From Diadema antillarum (lineage: Eukaryota), in assembly GCF_040938485.1 (NCBI RefSeq), contig NW_027272187.1:1-64000 (forward strand): 64,000 nucleotides of DNA. Reading direction: 5' to 3'. The position numbers were made by a program, and so were the translations under genes. The notes below the pieces were generated by a model, which saw only the letters and a list, made by a program, of their open reading frames with translations, ran no database searches and was not told where the DNA came from. Each line of letters opens with the position of its first letter. Positions within the stretch are counted from its first letter, which is position 1. Of the stretch, positions 34,584-46,200 are shown one piece after another.

Positions 34584-37184
34584 TTTTTTAGGTGATCCGA
34601 GAATCCTCTCGGATCACCTTCTGTATCTGTACTGATTCTTTGTTCTTCTTCTTCTTCTTCTTCTTCTTCTTTATTTCTCCGCAAAAGTTGTGTAGAGATG
34701 AGCTCAGAAAGTGCATTGCCTATGAATGTCAAACTTATACCATATGTGTATCATGTCCCAAAGACGACATGTCAAGTAAAATCGTAGTGATCAGTCGACC
34801 GTGACGTCACTATGACGTCATTATATGAAAACACATTTTCAATCATATCTCATTAATGGAGTGGAATTTCTCAATGAAATTTACGTCACATAAATTTCAA
34901 TTCAAGGGAATTCTACCCATATTTTCAAAATTCCTCGCATCGTAAAGACGTGCGCGTACGCGCGCGTTGAAATATTTGTATGCTCCAATCAAGCTCAAAT
35001 TTTTTTTGCATACGTTTCAGACCATTTGGAGCATTTTTTGAAAAATTGAAAAAATCGGACGGACGCGTACGCGCGCGCACATATACGCACGCACAGCTCA
35101 TATGCAATGAAAATTTCCCGTTTTTTCACTTTGATCGGATGTGTGAAATGTCAAGGAATATTTCTACCAAGTTTCAAGTCAATCCGACTCAAGATGACGT
35201 CATACGGGTCCGTCAAAGTTGAAATTCCGCGCGCGCGTCAATGGCGATATACAGTGCAACAATGCCAAAAAACTGCCAATTTTAAATCCAATTTTACTCG
35301 TCAGGATGGACGGTGACCCCCCATTTTTTTTTACATATTCTGAAAGCTGATGAGTTGTACATGTCATTTCATGGGTTGGCAATGCTGGAAAAATGATTAA
35401 AATATATCAAATTTCTTAATAAAGTTAAAAAAGTAAATTTTCAAAATGACGTCATCAAATTTCAAGTTCATTCAAGCATATCTCACTTATTCTTTAGTTG
35501 ATTTTCGTCCAAATTTCAATATGTTGTAGCTTATTAAATGGTCTTTCAGATATATAATAACAACAATTTGATTGGATGACGGCATCACCTCGTAAAAAGG
35601 GATTAAAAGTAACATTGTTAAATTTGACCAGTTTACGTGTTATCTCTATGGGAGTGCAGTTTTTCTGGAAATGAAAACTGACATGACTATCTTTATCGAG
35701 CACTAGCTCACTTATGCTTCGGTGAATTTCTCCCATATTTTAGTATGTTGTAGCTGAGACTTTGGGCTATCGTAAATGTGCCCTTTGTTTTTTCATACGG
35801 AGTCGGCATCATGCCCAAAAACTTGGTTGAAATTAAAGCTTATCTTCCATGTATTTTCATATTCCTTTCTTTCTGCAACTTTCTTTGCAATAACTCAAGA
35901 AAAACAAGCTCTATCAGCCCAATATTTTGCACATGTTTAGTTTATGTCACGTACATTATTTCATAAAATAACAACTACTTGATCGGGTACCTTCTTGGGT
36001 ATGTAAATTAGGGTCAAAGGTCAAAAATGTTTCATCCTGTATCTTGGTGAATACATGTCTTATCTTTCCCATATTTTGCATACTTAAAGACCATGTTACA
36101 AGAATCATTTCACAAAGTAACTACTTTTTGCTCAGACGCCATCTTGTCTGTGCAAAGTAGGGTCAAAGGTCATATGTACTTCTTTCTTTATCTTCATTAT
36201 GACGTGTTATCTCTATGGGAGGGAATTTGTCTAGATGTGAAAATTGACATGATTGTCTTTATCGACGACTAGCTCAATTACCCTTCGGTGAATTTCTTCC
36301 AGATTTCAGTATGTTGTAGCCAATGTAATACTCTTTAAGTTTTGTTCAATCAAAGTTTTAATCGGATGATGTCTTCACCTCGTGAAAATAGATATAATGT
36401 AACCTTGTCAAATTTAACCAGTTTACGTGTTATCTCTACGGGAGGGAATTTTTCTGGAAATGAAAATTGACATGACGGTCTTTATCGAACACTAGCTCAC
36501 TTACTCTTTCGTGAATTTCTCCCAGATTTTAATATGTTGTAGCTCAGACTTTGGGCTATCGCGACTATACCCTCCATTTTTTCATACGGCGCCGATATCA
36601 CGTCAAAAAACTTGGTTGAAATTATACTTATCTTCGATGTATTGAGATATTTCTTTCTTTATGCCACTTTCTTTGCAATAAGTTAAAAAAACCAGCCCCT
36701 ATCACGCCCATATTTTGCACATGTTTAGGTCATGTCACGTACTTTATTTCATAAAATAACAACTACTTGATCAGACACCATCTTGGGTATGTAAATTAGG
36801 GTCAAAGGTCATAAATGTTTCAACCTGTATCTTGGTGAATACATGTCCTATCTTTCCCGTATTTTCCACACGCAAAGACCATGTTACAAGAATCATTTCA
36901 CAAAATAACCACTTTTTGCTCAGATGCCATCTTGGCTGCGCAAAGTTGGGTCAATGGTCAAATATACTTCATTCTGTATCTTCGTTATAGTGTATACCGA
37001 ATTTGGTACCAAAGATGGCAGACCTGACTCTCTTTTCTAAATGGGAATCCAAACATCACACGGCCAATGTCTCTAAACACAGATGAAACCTATATGGTCA
37101 TGCCTATTGCGATCAGGACTCGAATCATCGATTAAAACAAATCGGATCACCTAATTTGTCAGTCTTGACAAATTCCAAGTCTAG
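34584..37184 (+). mobile_element. Non-autonomous Helentron-type (HINE/DINE-1-like) element, about 2.6 kb, with internal duplications
   Basis: T-run, then 5' subTIR AGGTGATCCGAG (34590-34601) with adjacent inverted copy (34608-34619), then a (CTT)n microsatellite (about 34643-34670). The 3' end has subTIR TCGGATCACCT (37142-37152), hairpin AATTTGTCA-GTCT-TGACAAATT (37153-37174), CTAG and a T-run. An internal block at about 35570-36190 is repeated at about 36360-36980. Confidence 0.75.
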
Positions 37185-37365
37185 TTTTTTTTTGTTATTG
37201 AAAAATTAAGACATCTCGTTTTTCTTTTTAAAATCAAATTAGCTCGACAAATATAAAAATCTACGGCTCATATACCTTGTTCCTGTCCAATCAGTGCCAA
37301 TAGGGCAATTAAGACGATGCATAGTACATTTTCTGTGATAATAAAAATGTTGACTGATTATGGTA

Positions 37366-37400
37366 CTACTACTACTACTACTACTATACTACTACTACTA

Positions 37401-37457
<57 letters not shown>

Positions 37458-37474
37458 ATACTTCTACTACTACT
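37366..37474. repeat. (CTA)n microsatellite
   Basis: Direct reading. Confidence 0.95.
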
Positions 37475-37561
37475 GCAACTGTGTATACTATATCTACCAG
37501 GGATAAAGTATACCACAATCATCATTATGACAGAAACAGATATCACTATGATGATGATAAT

Positions 37562-37718
37562 CAGGGGCGGATCCAGGAATTCTGTAAAGGGGAGCGCAAC
37601 TAATAAATCTGGTGCCACTTCCGGGTTTCATTTCATTTTTTTCTTCTTATTTTTTTTTTTTTTAGCAAAAAATAAAGGGAGCGTGCGCCGGTTACGCCCC
37701 CCTCCGGATCCGCCACTG
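37562..37718. mobile_element. Short TIR MITE (CAGGGGCGGATCC...GGATCCGCCACTG)
   Basis: 13-bp imperfect TIRs. The TSD is ambiguous because the flanks are low complexity (ATAAT on both sides). Confidence 0.7.
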
Positions 37719-37738
37719 ATAATGATAATATTATCAAA

Positions 37739-38288
37739 AAGAAGAAGAAGAAGAAGAAGAAGAAGAAGAAAGTAGTGTATGATTAAATTCACAGACACAG
37801 TGACTGTGGCAATGATGATTGTAACAATGATGATATTACGTCATTATTATCCCTTACTGTTGAATGTGTAAGTTTTCGCGCATTCGTTTTGGCAACTCTA
37901 CTGTCAATGTGTGAAGAATCGATTTACACTAAATCATCATATGACGTTATGAATTATTTATGGTGAATCATTAATAAATCGTTGTGGTCAAACGTTAATT
38001 CACTTCCACTCGATTCAGGACGAGTATCTAACTTGAGCACAATATCCTTGTCTGGCTTTTCAATCACTATTTTCCTCCAGAGAGATATAGTTTTCTAATA
38101 GCCTTGGTGGTTCTTTTCCCTACAATGAAAAAGTAATTGTGTAAGGGGTGCACGCACTTCAGAAGCGCATATCATCTGAACAAGACTATAGAAAGCATCT
38201 GAGTATATCAAAATGGAGCAAAGTAGTAATAGACAGAATTGAGTTAACATGAATATAATTTTTCTGGCTGTAGACACACAAGGTAGTT

Positions 38289-38370
<82 letters not shown>
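37739..38370. repeat. (GAA)n microsatellite (about 37739-37770) and (GATA)n microsatellite (about 38289-38370)
   Basis: Direct reading. Confidence 0.9.
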
Positions 38371-39469
38371 CATATGCAGGTAGAGATCAATGACAATAAT
38401 TCTATACAGACAACTTGATTATACATAAGTATATAAAAATAATGAAGAAGAACAAAATGAATCGTATATTAACACTGACATGAGAAACTGTGCTTCAAAT
38501 TTACGACAGTGCATTCGGATAGCTTTCATGCTTGGGGCTACCATATTGCATTGGGACGTTACCGTTCGTCTCTTGTTTGGTCATCCTCAGCAGCCAGCCG
38601 TATATCATCAGCAGACAACACTTGTCGTACAGCTGCTGTGGCTAACGTTACTCTGACTGAAGTAAATGTTTCGTGTTGCACATACTGCACATTATAATTT
38701 GCATGTGTGCACCTCACTTTTTTTTCACCTCCTAAACTCATGGCACAAATAAATACCAACGAAATACCAACAAAATACCAAGTGAAATGAACAATTTTAG
38801 TATCTGATGAAGATGTCAAACTTACCACGTTCTTGCCTGCATTCCTCCGGCGCCGAAATCACGAAATCATTGTTTAGCGATACCTGAAACACACCAATAG
38901 CGCACCGCATCTCACATCGCACTTAACCTCCCAAACGGGTTTGATCACTTTTTTATAGTTGTCTCTCCACAAAAGAGATGAAGGAATGAACGCCGCCTCC
39001 GTTTTAATTAAAAAAAAAAGCGGGGGAGGGAGAAATGGACACAGAATAAACAAACAAGTGTATAACCCACGGATTTGTGACGACAATAATGCGAGCTGTT
39101 TGTCCCGATGCCGTTGAGGTAGATGACGACTCTGGCGTTGCTTCCGACAAGTTTGAGAAGGCCACAATCCCGGTTGCGACTCTTCCCGAGCTCGATCGGG
39201 GTACAAGGGATCACACCACTGCATTCTGTCCGCCTTCACACATCGATGTCGNNNNNNNNNNNNNNNNNNNNNNNNNNNNNNNNNNNNNNNNNNNNNNNNN
39301 NNNNNNNNNNNNNNNNNNNNNNNNNNNNNNNNNNNNNNNNNNNNNNNNNNNNNNNNNNNNNNNNNNNNNNNNNNNNNNNNNNNNNNNAATATCATACATT
39401 CCGACAAATTCCTGAAAATGTTGTGTGAAAGCTAAATTTTATCGAAACAAGGTAAATTAACTTAATCGG

Positions 39470-39761
39470 ACAAAAAAAAGAAACATTATGAGACCTGTAT
39501 GTACACGACACAGCCTTTGATCAGGTCCTCTCCCCAAGGTATATAGCCCGTTTAGTGTAAGCATTGTTCTTCAAAAGGGCTCTGCCATTACCATGCTACC
39601 GTTACCAGGTGATTATAGCCATTATTATGCTTCTGGGTCGAGAGGGACATCACGGAATGGATGACAAAATCTAGTCAAAGGGAGCACCAGGCATCCGGTA
39701 GGACTCGAATTCGTGACCTCCATGTCGACTTCTAGAGTCGTAGCCACTACACCACAGCGCC
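39470..39761 (-). mobile_element. tRNA-derived SINE
   Basis: Minus-strand head GGCGCTGTGGTGTAGTGG...GAATTCGAGTCCTACCGGATGCC (39761-39690) has A and B boxes but a broken cloverleaf, followed by about 220 nt of non-tRNA body. An (AAAC)n tract lies at 39798-39858. Confidence 0.6.
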
Positions 39762-40854
39762 TATACTCATCCCACCCATAAAAACCATCCAATCGCTCAA
39801 CAAACAAACAAACAAACAAGCAAACAAACAAACAAACAAACAAACAAACAAACAAACAAATAAACATAAATTCAAACAAATATACGAACAAAATTACAAA
39901 TATTGTCTATTTCTTTGTTTTCGTTACAACAGCACATCCCATGTTCAATATCAATTTTGTTTCATTTTGTTAATATCTTATTCATACAACACTTTAATCA
40001 TCATAAATCCTTAGTCCACAGTTACTTCGTCGCCGTAATCGATGAAATTTGGAAATAAAACACCGGTCATTGTTGAAGACCACACCTAGATTGCCCGGCC
40101 CCTCCACACACATAATATAAAACGTGTCATGTACATGATATATTAATGCATATAATTATATATCATAATATATCATACAAAGACAAGAAGGTAGTTTTTC
40201 GTGAAACCTGTAAAGGAGGAGATTCTTCAAGAATTAAAAGGCCTACATCTAGAAATGCTATAAAAGAGTCTTCTTCCAAGAAATTGCTCCGATATGTTTG
40301 TTAAGTGTGGGCTGATGTTCAGAATCTTGTTTTGTTTGCCTTTTCAAAATAAATAAACAAATAAGTAATAACATTTTGTCAAAATATTGGCCAAGAATTG
40401 CTCACGTGACTTAAAATAATTCCACCACTTCATGTGTGACGTCAGAATTTTCCAAAATAGCGCTCCTCTGTGAAATCGTTTGACCTGGTCTCATGATTTT
40501 ACGAACTTGCGATATTTTAGAATATCCTGACGTCACACTTCCTATGATAGCCTATAATAACTCATTTGATAAAAGCTACTAATAGGCAACCATTTTGTGT
40601 GGTACGATTTACACAGATAGCTCTTGTGACAGCTGGGAGGGGAGGGGTCGCTTTCTATACATTACGCCCGTCCCCCCCCCCCCCCTGGAAAAAAAAGGTC
40701 ACGTCGATGTTTTCCTTGAAAATCATTGTATAAGCTGTTATTTTCGTGAGGGTCTAATTTTCGCGAATTTCGCGAATCATTGTTGAATCGCGACTTAAAC
40801 AACACGCGAAATTGTCGCCATGCGCTGGGGTTTATCGTTTATAGGGCAGTTATA

Positions 40855-41343
40855 CACTGCAAAAAGTCCGGTGTTAAATATGAAACACCGAGCTGGTGTT
40901 AAATTTCCGGTGCTCATTTATTGTGTTAGATTAACACCTCCGGGTGTCATTTAAAAAATATAAAATTGTTTTTGAATAGTTTCTTAGTCGCTATTCTTGT
41001 TGATTTTTGTGAACACAATTTATACACCATAGTAACACCAGTTGGTGTGGTCTCATATTGAAGCTGGACGGGTGTTATACCGTTGACATTAACACCAGCA
41101 ATATCAATTCAACACCATGCCGCGTCATTGTTGAATTAACATCAGCGCAGTGTCAAAAATATCACCAGCTACAGTGTCAAATTAACACCACGAAGTGCCA
41201 GGTGAACACTTTTCAACACCATCACAACATACGTAGTATACTTTCTATACACCTGCGATGTGGGTGTGGTACTCTATTGACACTTGATCGCTGTTAGATT
41301 TAACACACATGGTGTTAAATCTAACACCGATGTTTTTGCAGCG
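40855..41343. mobile_element. CACTA/EnSpm-like non-autonomous element
   Basis: Termini CACTGCAAAAA ... TTTTTGCAGCG, TA on the left flank, and many subterminal GGTGTTAAA/TTTAACACC repeats in both orientations. Confidence 0.65.
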
Positions 41344-43216
41344 CACATCCAAAATGATCCACCTGTCTAAGTGCTACTTCAGGGTCTTAAAATATAACAT
41401 CTTAGCTCTATTTTGCAGAAAACCCCATTCAATTTGGTTAAGCGGTCACAGAGAAATGTAGATTGTTGTAAAGCGTGTCATGAGTCTGATTTTTCCAAGT
41501 TTAGTACTTCGATGATTTTGCGGGTGAACAATAGACAGAACTTGGACAAATGAGATTCCCGACATCCTCTACAAAATTCCTCATTTCTCTTTGACCACTG
41601 AAGCAAATCGAATGGGGTTTTCTGTAAGATGTGGGCAATGAGTTATTGCTTCATACCCTGAATTTGTATTTAGATTGTTGCAATATTTTTAAAGATATCA
41701 TTGCATAGGACCCCGTTGTATTTTTTTTTGGGGGGGGACATATACACTTACATGATGCCCCTGGTGACGCCGTCATAACGTGAGCCCAATTTTACCCGGT
41801 GTGACGCCATCTAGGGATGATATTTTGACGTGCCCTTTACGCCATAAACCCTTTGCGTGCCACATTGATTAAAAAAGAGAGAGAAAAAAATGTGCACATT
41901 GGACTCATTGGCACAAAAATTTTTAAAGAAGAGATTTTTGAGGTTTTTGGACGCGGGTGGGTAGCACCAGGGAGGTGAGAGCTCACCTCCCTGGTAGCAC
42001 ATTAATTTGTTTGTCTGACAGCACCCCCCCCCCCCCCCCCCATGTATACTATAGCTGGCAGTGACTTGGTACAATCACGGTTTGGTGATTAAAGCACTAG
42101 TTTGGCCTTGAGAATTCTGTATTGTTATTTTTACTGGTTCTCACTTTACAGACAAGACTTGAATGCTTGGAAACGTTTTGGCTGATTTTCGGTGTGTCAA
42201 TCAAAATGACTTTATAAATCACTCTTGATATTTTGCGCTAACACCAAGTGAAGTTCTCTAATTTTTCTTGTTTTTAATACTTTTTAGGCCTATATAGGCC
42301 TAGAGTATGAGCCAAATATTGATGATTTCAATGGAACTATGTCCTCACAGACTCATTGATTTCTGAATTACCTTCGATAACTTAACAGTGCTATTTTCTT
42401 TATGCAGGCTAGGGTTTGCGGACTCTTTGAGGCCATCAGAAAAATAGTAGACCTGTATAGATGCAGTTTCTTTGTGATGTTCCTCGAGCAAGAGACAAGA
42501 AAAATCATAACAGTGACACCATATGCAAGGAGTAAGTTTCCGTTTCATGTACATCCCAGTCCGCGTATAGTGAGGACTATACCTCTTAAGAATTTTATTG
42601 TATTTTTCTGTGAAGTAGGTCTATACATATGTAATAAGAATTGGAAATAAACAAACAAACGGAAAAAAATTCAGTGTCTTGTGAGTGCATTTTTATCACA
42701 GTTTTCGGAATTGGGTGTTGAGAAATCATTGCACAGATATTTCGCTCTTCCTGAAAATACTGCACATTTCGCAATGATACACAGCTATGCACATTACGAA
42801 ATGTGAGTGCAATGCAAGCAAAAAATTGCGAAATAAATATACTACTAGGCCTACTTTGGCTTTACAGCACAGTACACGCGGTGTACGTTCGTTGTACTTG
42901 TGCAAGGTGAGTGCCGAGAATGCCCTGGCACTGCCGTATGGACGTCGTGTGACACGAACCACTCTATTTCCCATTCACGGCGGATTCACGGTGTGCATGA
43001 TGCATGTTGTACGAGGAGGGAGCAAAGTGTACATGCATGCACGGGGCTGCTAGTGCCATGCATGCGTTCAAAATGCTTGCTGTGCGATGATATACTGTAG
43101 GCACTTCCACACAGTACGCTACTGGGCAAAAGCACACGATCCACGAATGAAGTTCAATCCGTGCCCGATGACCAGTTCTAACCACATCAGACAGCTGTTA
43201 ACGCAATAGTACGGAA

Positions 43217-46200
43217 ATGGGTAAATCGAAGAAAGGAAAGAGTAAACAGGACGCTCATTTGAATTCGTAAGTTTTTATTCAGCGCTTGCATTTAGACACC
43301 TCTATCATTATCTGCCTGGATAAAGAAGCCCCAAGTTCTTGTTTCCTCAGTCATTCATGCTTGCGTATGTTGCATCTGCATTAGTGGACATGTAGAAATG
43401 CTGTCTAACCATTAGGCCCTAGACTAGAGTTTCTATCTCTTCATTCGATTAACGTTAGAAGTACCCATGACATCCAGGTACCTAATCTAGGTCTATAGGC
43501 TACGTAAAGTTAATTTAATGCTTCAAATGCTCCACCATATTTCACCAGCTCTTGACCTTGTAATTCTTGACAAGTCACAAGACAAAGTGCAAAGTGGCAC
43601 GTTGACACAAAAATGTATATAAATAGTCTATATAGGCCTATTTATAATAAATTAAGTTAAATTAGGCCTAAAGGAATACAGCTTCAGTTTTTATTAGCAT
43701 TTACCATGACCATTAGGGCATACTTTCGTAAGAGTAGGCCTACTGGTAATTGTTTATGACTTCGAGATTTTCTTCCGGCCGAAGGGTAGGCCCTATACAA
43801 CGTAGATCTACATGTAGTTAACAAACTCGCCCATTTGACACTTGGATTCATCTCATCATATGAACTTGTCTCACTGCCCATGGCCATGCTGGGTTGCTAA
43901 GAAAGACCCTTGGCTTTAAAATAGAAATGGACGCCATATCAAATTTTGGCTTATAAAAGTGTGAGAAAATATCTAAAGTTACACGAGTTCAGTGCAGTGG
44001 CGAGTATCAATACCACTATCACACTACTTGAACAGGTAATTTACACCTCACCTCTGACAAGTTTCATGGAGGTAGAGTTGAGAGTTGACTGAAAGATTGG
44101 TCTGTATCTGGTCGTCGGGCATGTATGTTCCGCAGAGACTGCGTCTGGCTTCACGGATCCTCTCCGGAGGAGGAGAACGATATAACGTCAAAAAAATGAA
44201 AGACTCCTCCGGACAGATGGATCTTTCTGTCTAAGTTGAGAGTAGACAGAAAGATCCGTCTGTCTGCCGGAGGACTCTTTTTACATTTTGCCATTAACGC
44301 TGTCCTCCGTAGACAGATGGAAGGTTTGCAGTACCCATTGCTGTGTGGATGTTCTTAACCACTGTCTCTATGGAAAATTGGGTGAGGTACCTCACCCTTC
44401 TCGATTGCGTCTAATTCACGGCCCTAGGTCGGCAAATTTAAGCTTGTATAGTGAAATTAGCTTTTTAAGAATACATTAAACTCACCAGATTAATGAATAA
44501 TCCAAAATTTTAGTAGAATTTTCAACGTAAAACACAGCCTGTCGCGTCGTTACGTTCAAACTGCAGAAACACACACTATGAATCTATTAGCCAATCACAT
44601 GCGAGGTAGTTTCTACGTGTTTGTTTTACTAAAACACGTACCTCGCATGTGATTGGCTTACAGATTCAAGATGGCGACTTACACCTTGCGAACGGCGATG
44701 TTGCGATATCGATAAAATGTCTGCGTTTTTACCGAGTTTATGTGAGTATTTCGATTGCACAATTGAGAAATTTATCCCAAATATTGCTGCATAATGTGTC
44801 ATGTCATGTCAAACTTGTTTGAATGTAAAAAAGCTGTCTGAAATTTAGTTTATCGTAACGTTTGATCTGTGCGCGACTGCTCCACACAGGAGCCGCAATC
44901 ATTGACTTCGGTCTGTATACGGAGGGGATCCGTGAAGCCAGACGCAGTCTCTGCGGAACATTCCCCGACGGACAGATACAGACCGATCTTTCGGTCAAAG
45001 TTGAGAGCTGCTCTGGCCCTGAATGATATATGTGACCCAGCATCACAAAACAAACAGAAAGTTACCAGACATGAATTTTTAGTTAAGACCATATTCTGAA
45101 AGAGCAGACTTTAAGCTTTAAAATGATGTATAACTCAAATCAAATGGACTCTCCTTACCTATCTAAATATTGGACAGAAAGCACAAACTCGGGAAAAGTG
45201 TGAACTGAGAAAAGAGGCTCTGAAGTAGAGTGTCTATTCAAGTGCTTAATCTTTACCTAACCACGCTGGCTGTGCGATGAATGGGACAAAAAAACAGGAA
45301 GTAATCCACCAGAGTAACAACAATGAAGGGATTATATGATTAAACTGATATTAAGCATGCCTCATTAACACATTCTGTCCAGAATCAATGCCAACTTTCA
45401 AGGCAGTAGCATTATCCTTTCAAAAGTTATTAGAGTTGAAAGTGAAGAGTGTGTACAAGGTTTTTCAGAAATGAAGAGGGGACTCTAAGGACACACCTAA
45501 TGACACTATTCTACCGAAAATGTTCGAGATAAACTGCTAAAAAACACACTTTCCTGCCCGTTTTATGATCCCAAATTTTAGCAGAATGTAAAAGAAGACT
45601 TGCTCTTTCAGAAAATATGAAAAAGTCAAGATCGGCTAGGTTGACCCATTCACTTATTTTCAGTCCTCACGCAAAATCAGTGTGTGAGACTTTTTGTTCA
45701 TTTTGTGATGCACGGTCACATATGTACATTTTTTTTAAATAAGTATTTTTAGATATTTTGTAAATCATACTGAGGATGTGTAGAACATCTACTTGTCAGA
45801 TGAGTATGGATACATACGGTCAATCACACTGTCACAGACAACTGTATTAATTCTACAAATCCTGTGAAAACAAATTGATCTAGAGATATCTACACATCCA
45901 TATACTGTATCCATATATAGAATATTTTCTGTCTTTATATTCTCATGGGAGGATTATACAAATACCCATGGTATTCTTTTGGATCAGTTCAGTTCCATGT
46001 ACATCTGTAATAAACATATTGATGACACTGATTTTTACCATTTGTTTTATTGCATAACTTCACAGGTGTGGTATTCAACAATTTTCTTCTGTAACAAGAA
46101 GATGGTAGATAAAATCCTTTTTGAAAAGCAAAACAACAAAAGAAATCCCAATATTTAGTGCTGCAATATTGGGTATCTTGGAGGCACAAGCATGATCGCA

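Noticed and set aside
39105-39135. RVVIYLNGIG resembling a DIRS/LTR reverse-transcriptase YLDD motif
   Set aside because: The catalytic Asp pair is absent and the flanking RT motifs do not align.
44660-44741. CAAGATGGCG exon as the true first coding exon of eIF5B
   Set aside because: A better exon 1 exists at 43217-43266 ([10 protein letters not shown], phase-2 GTAAGT donor in frame with exon 2), and this cassette lies inside a TSD-flanked element.
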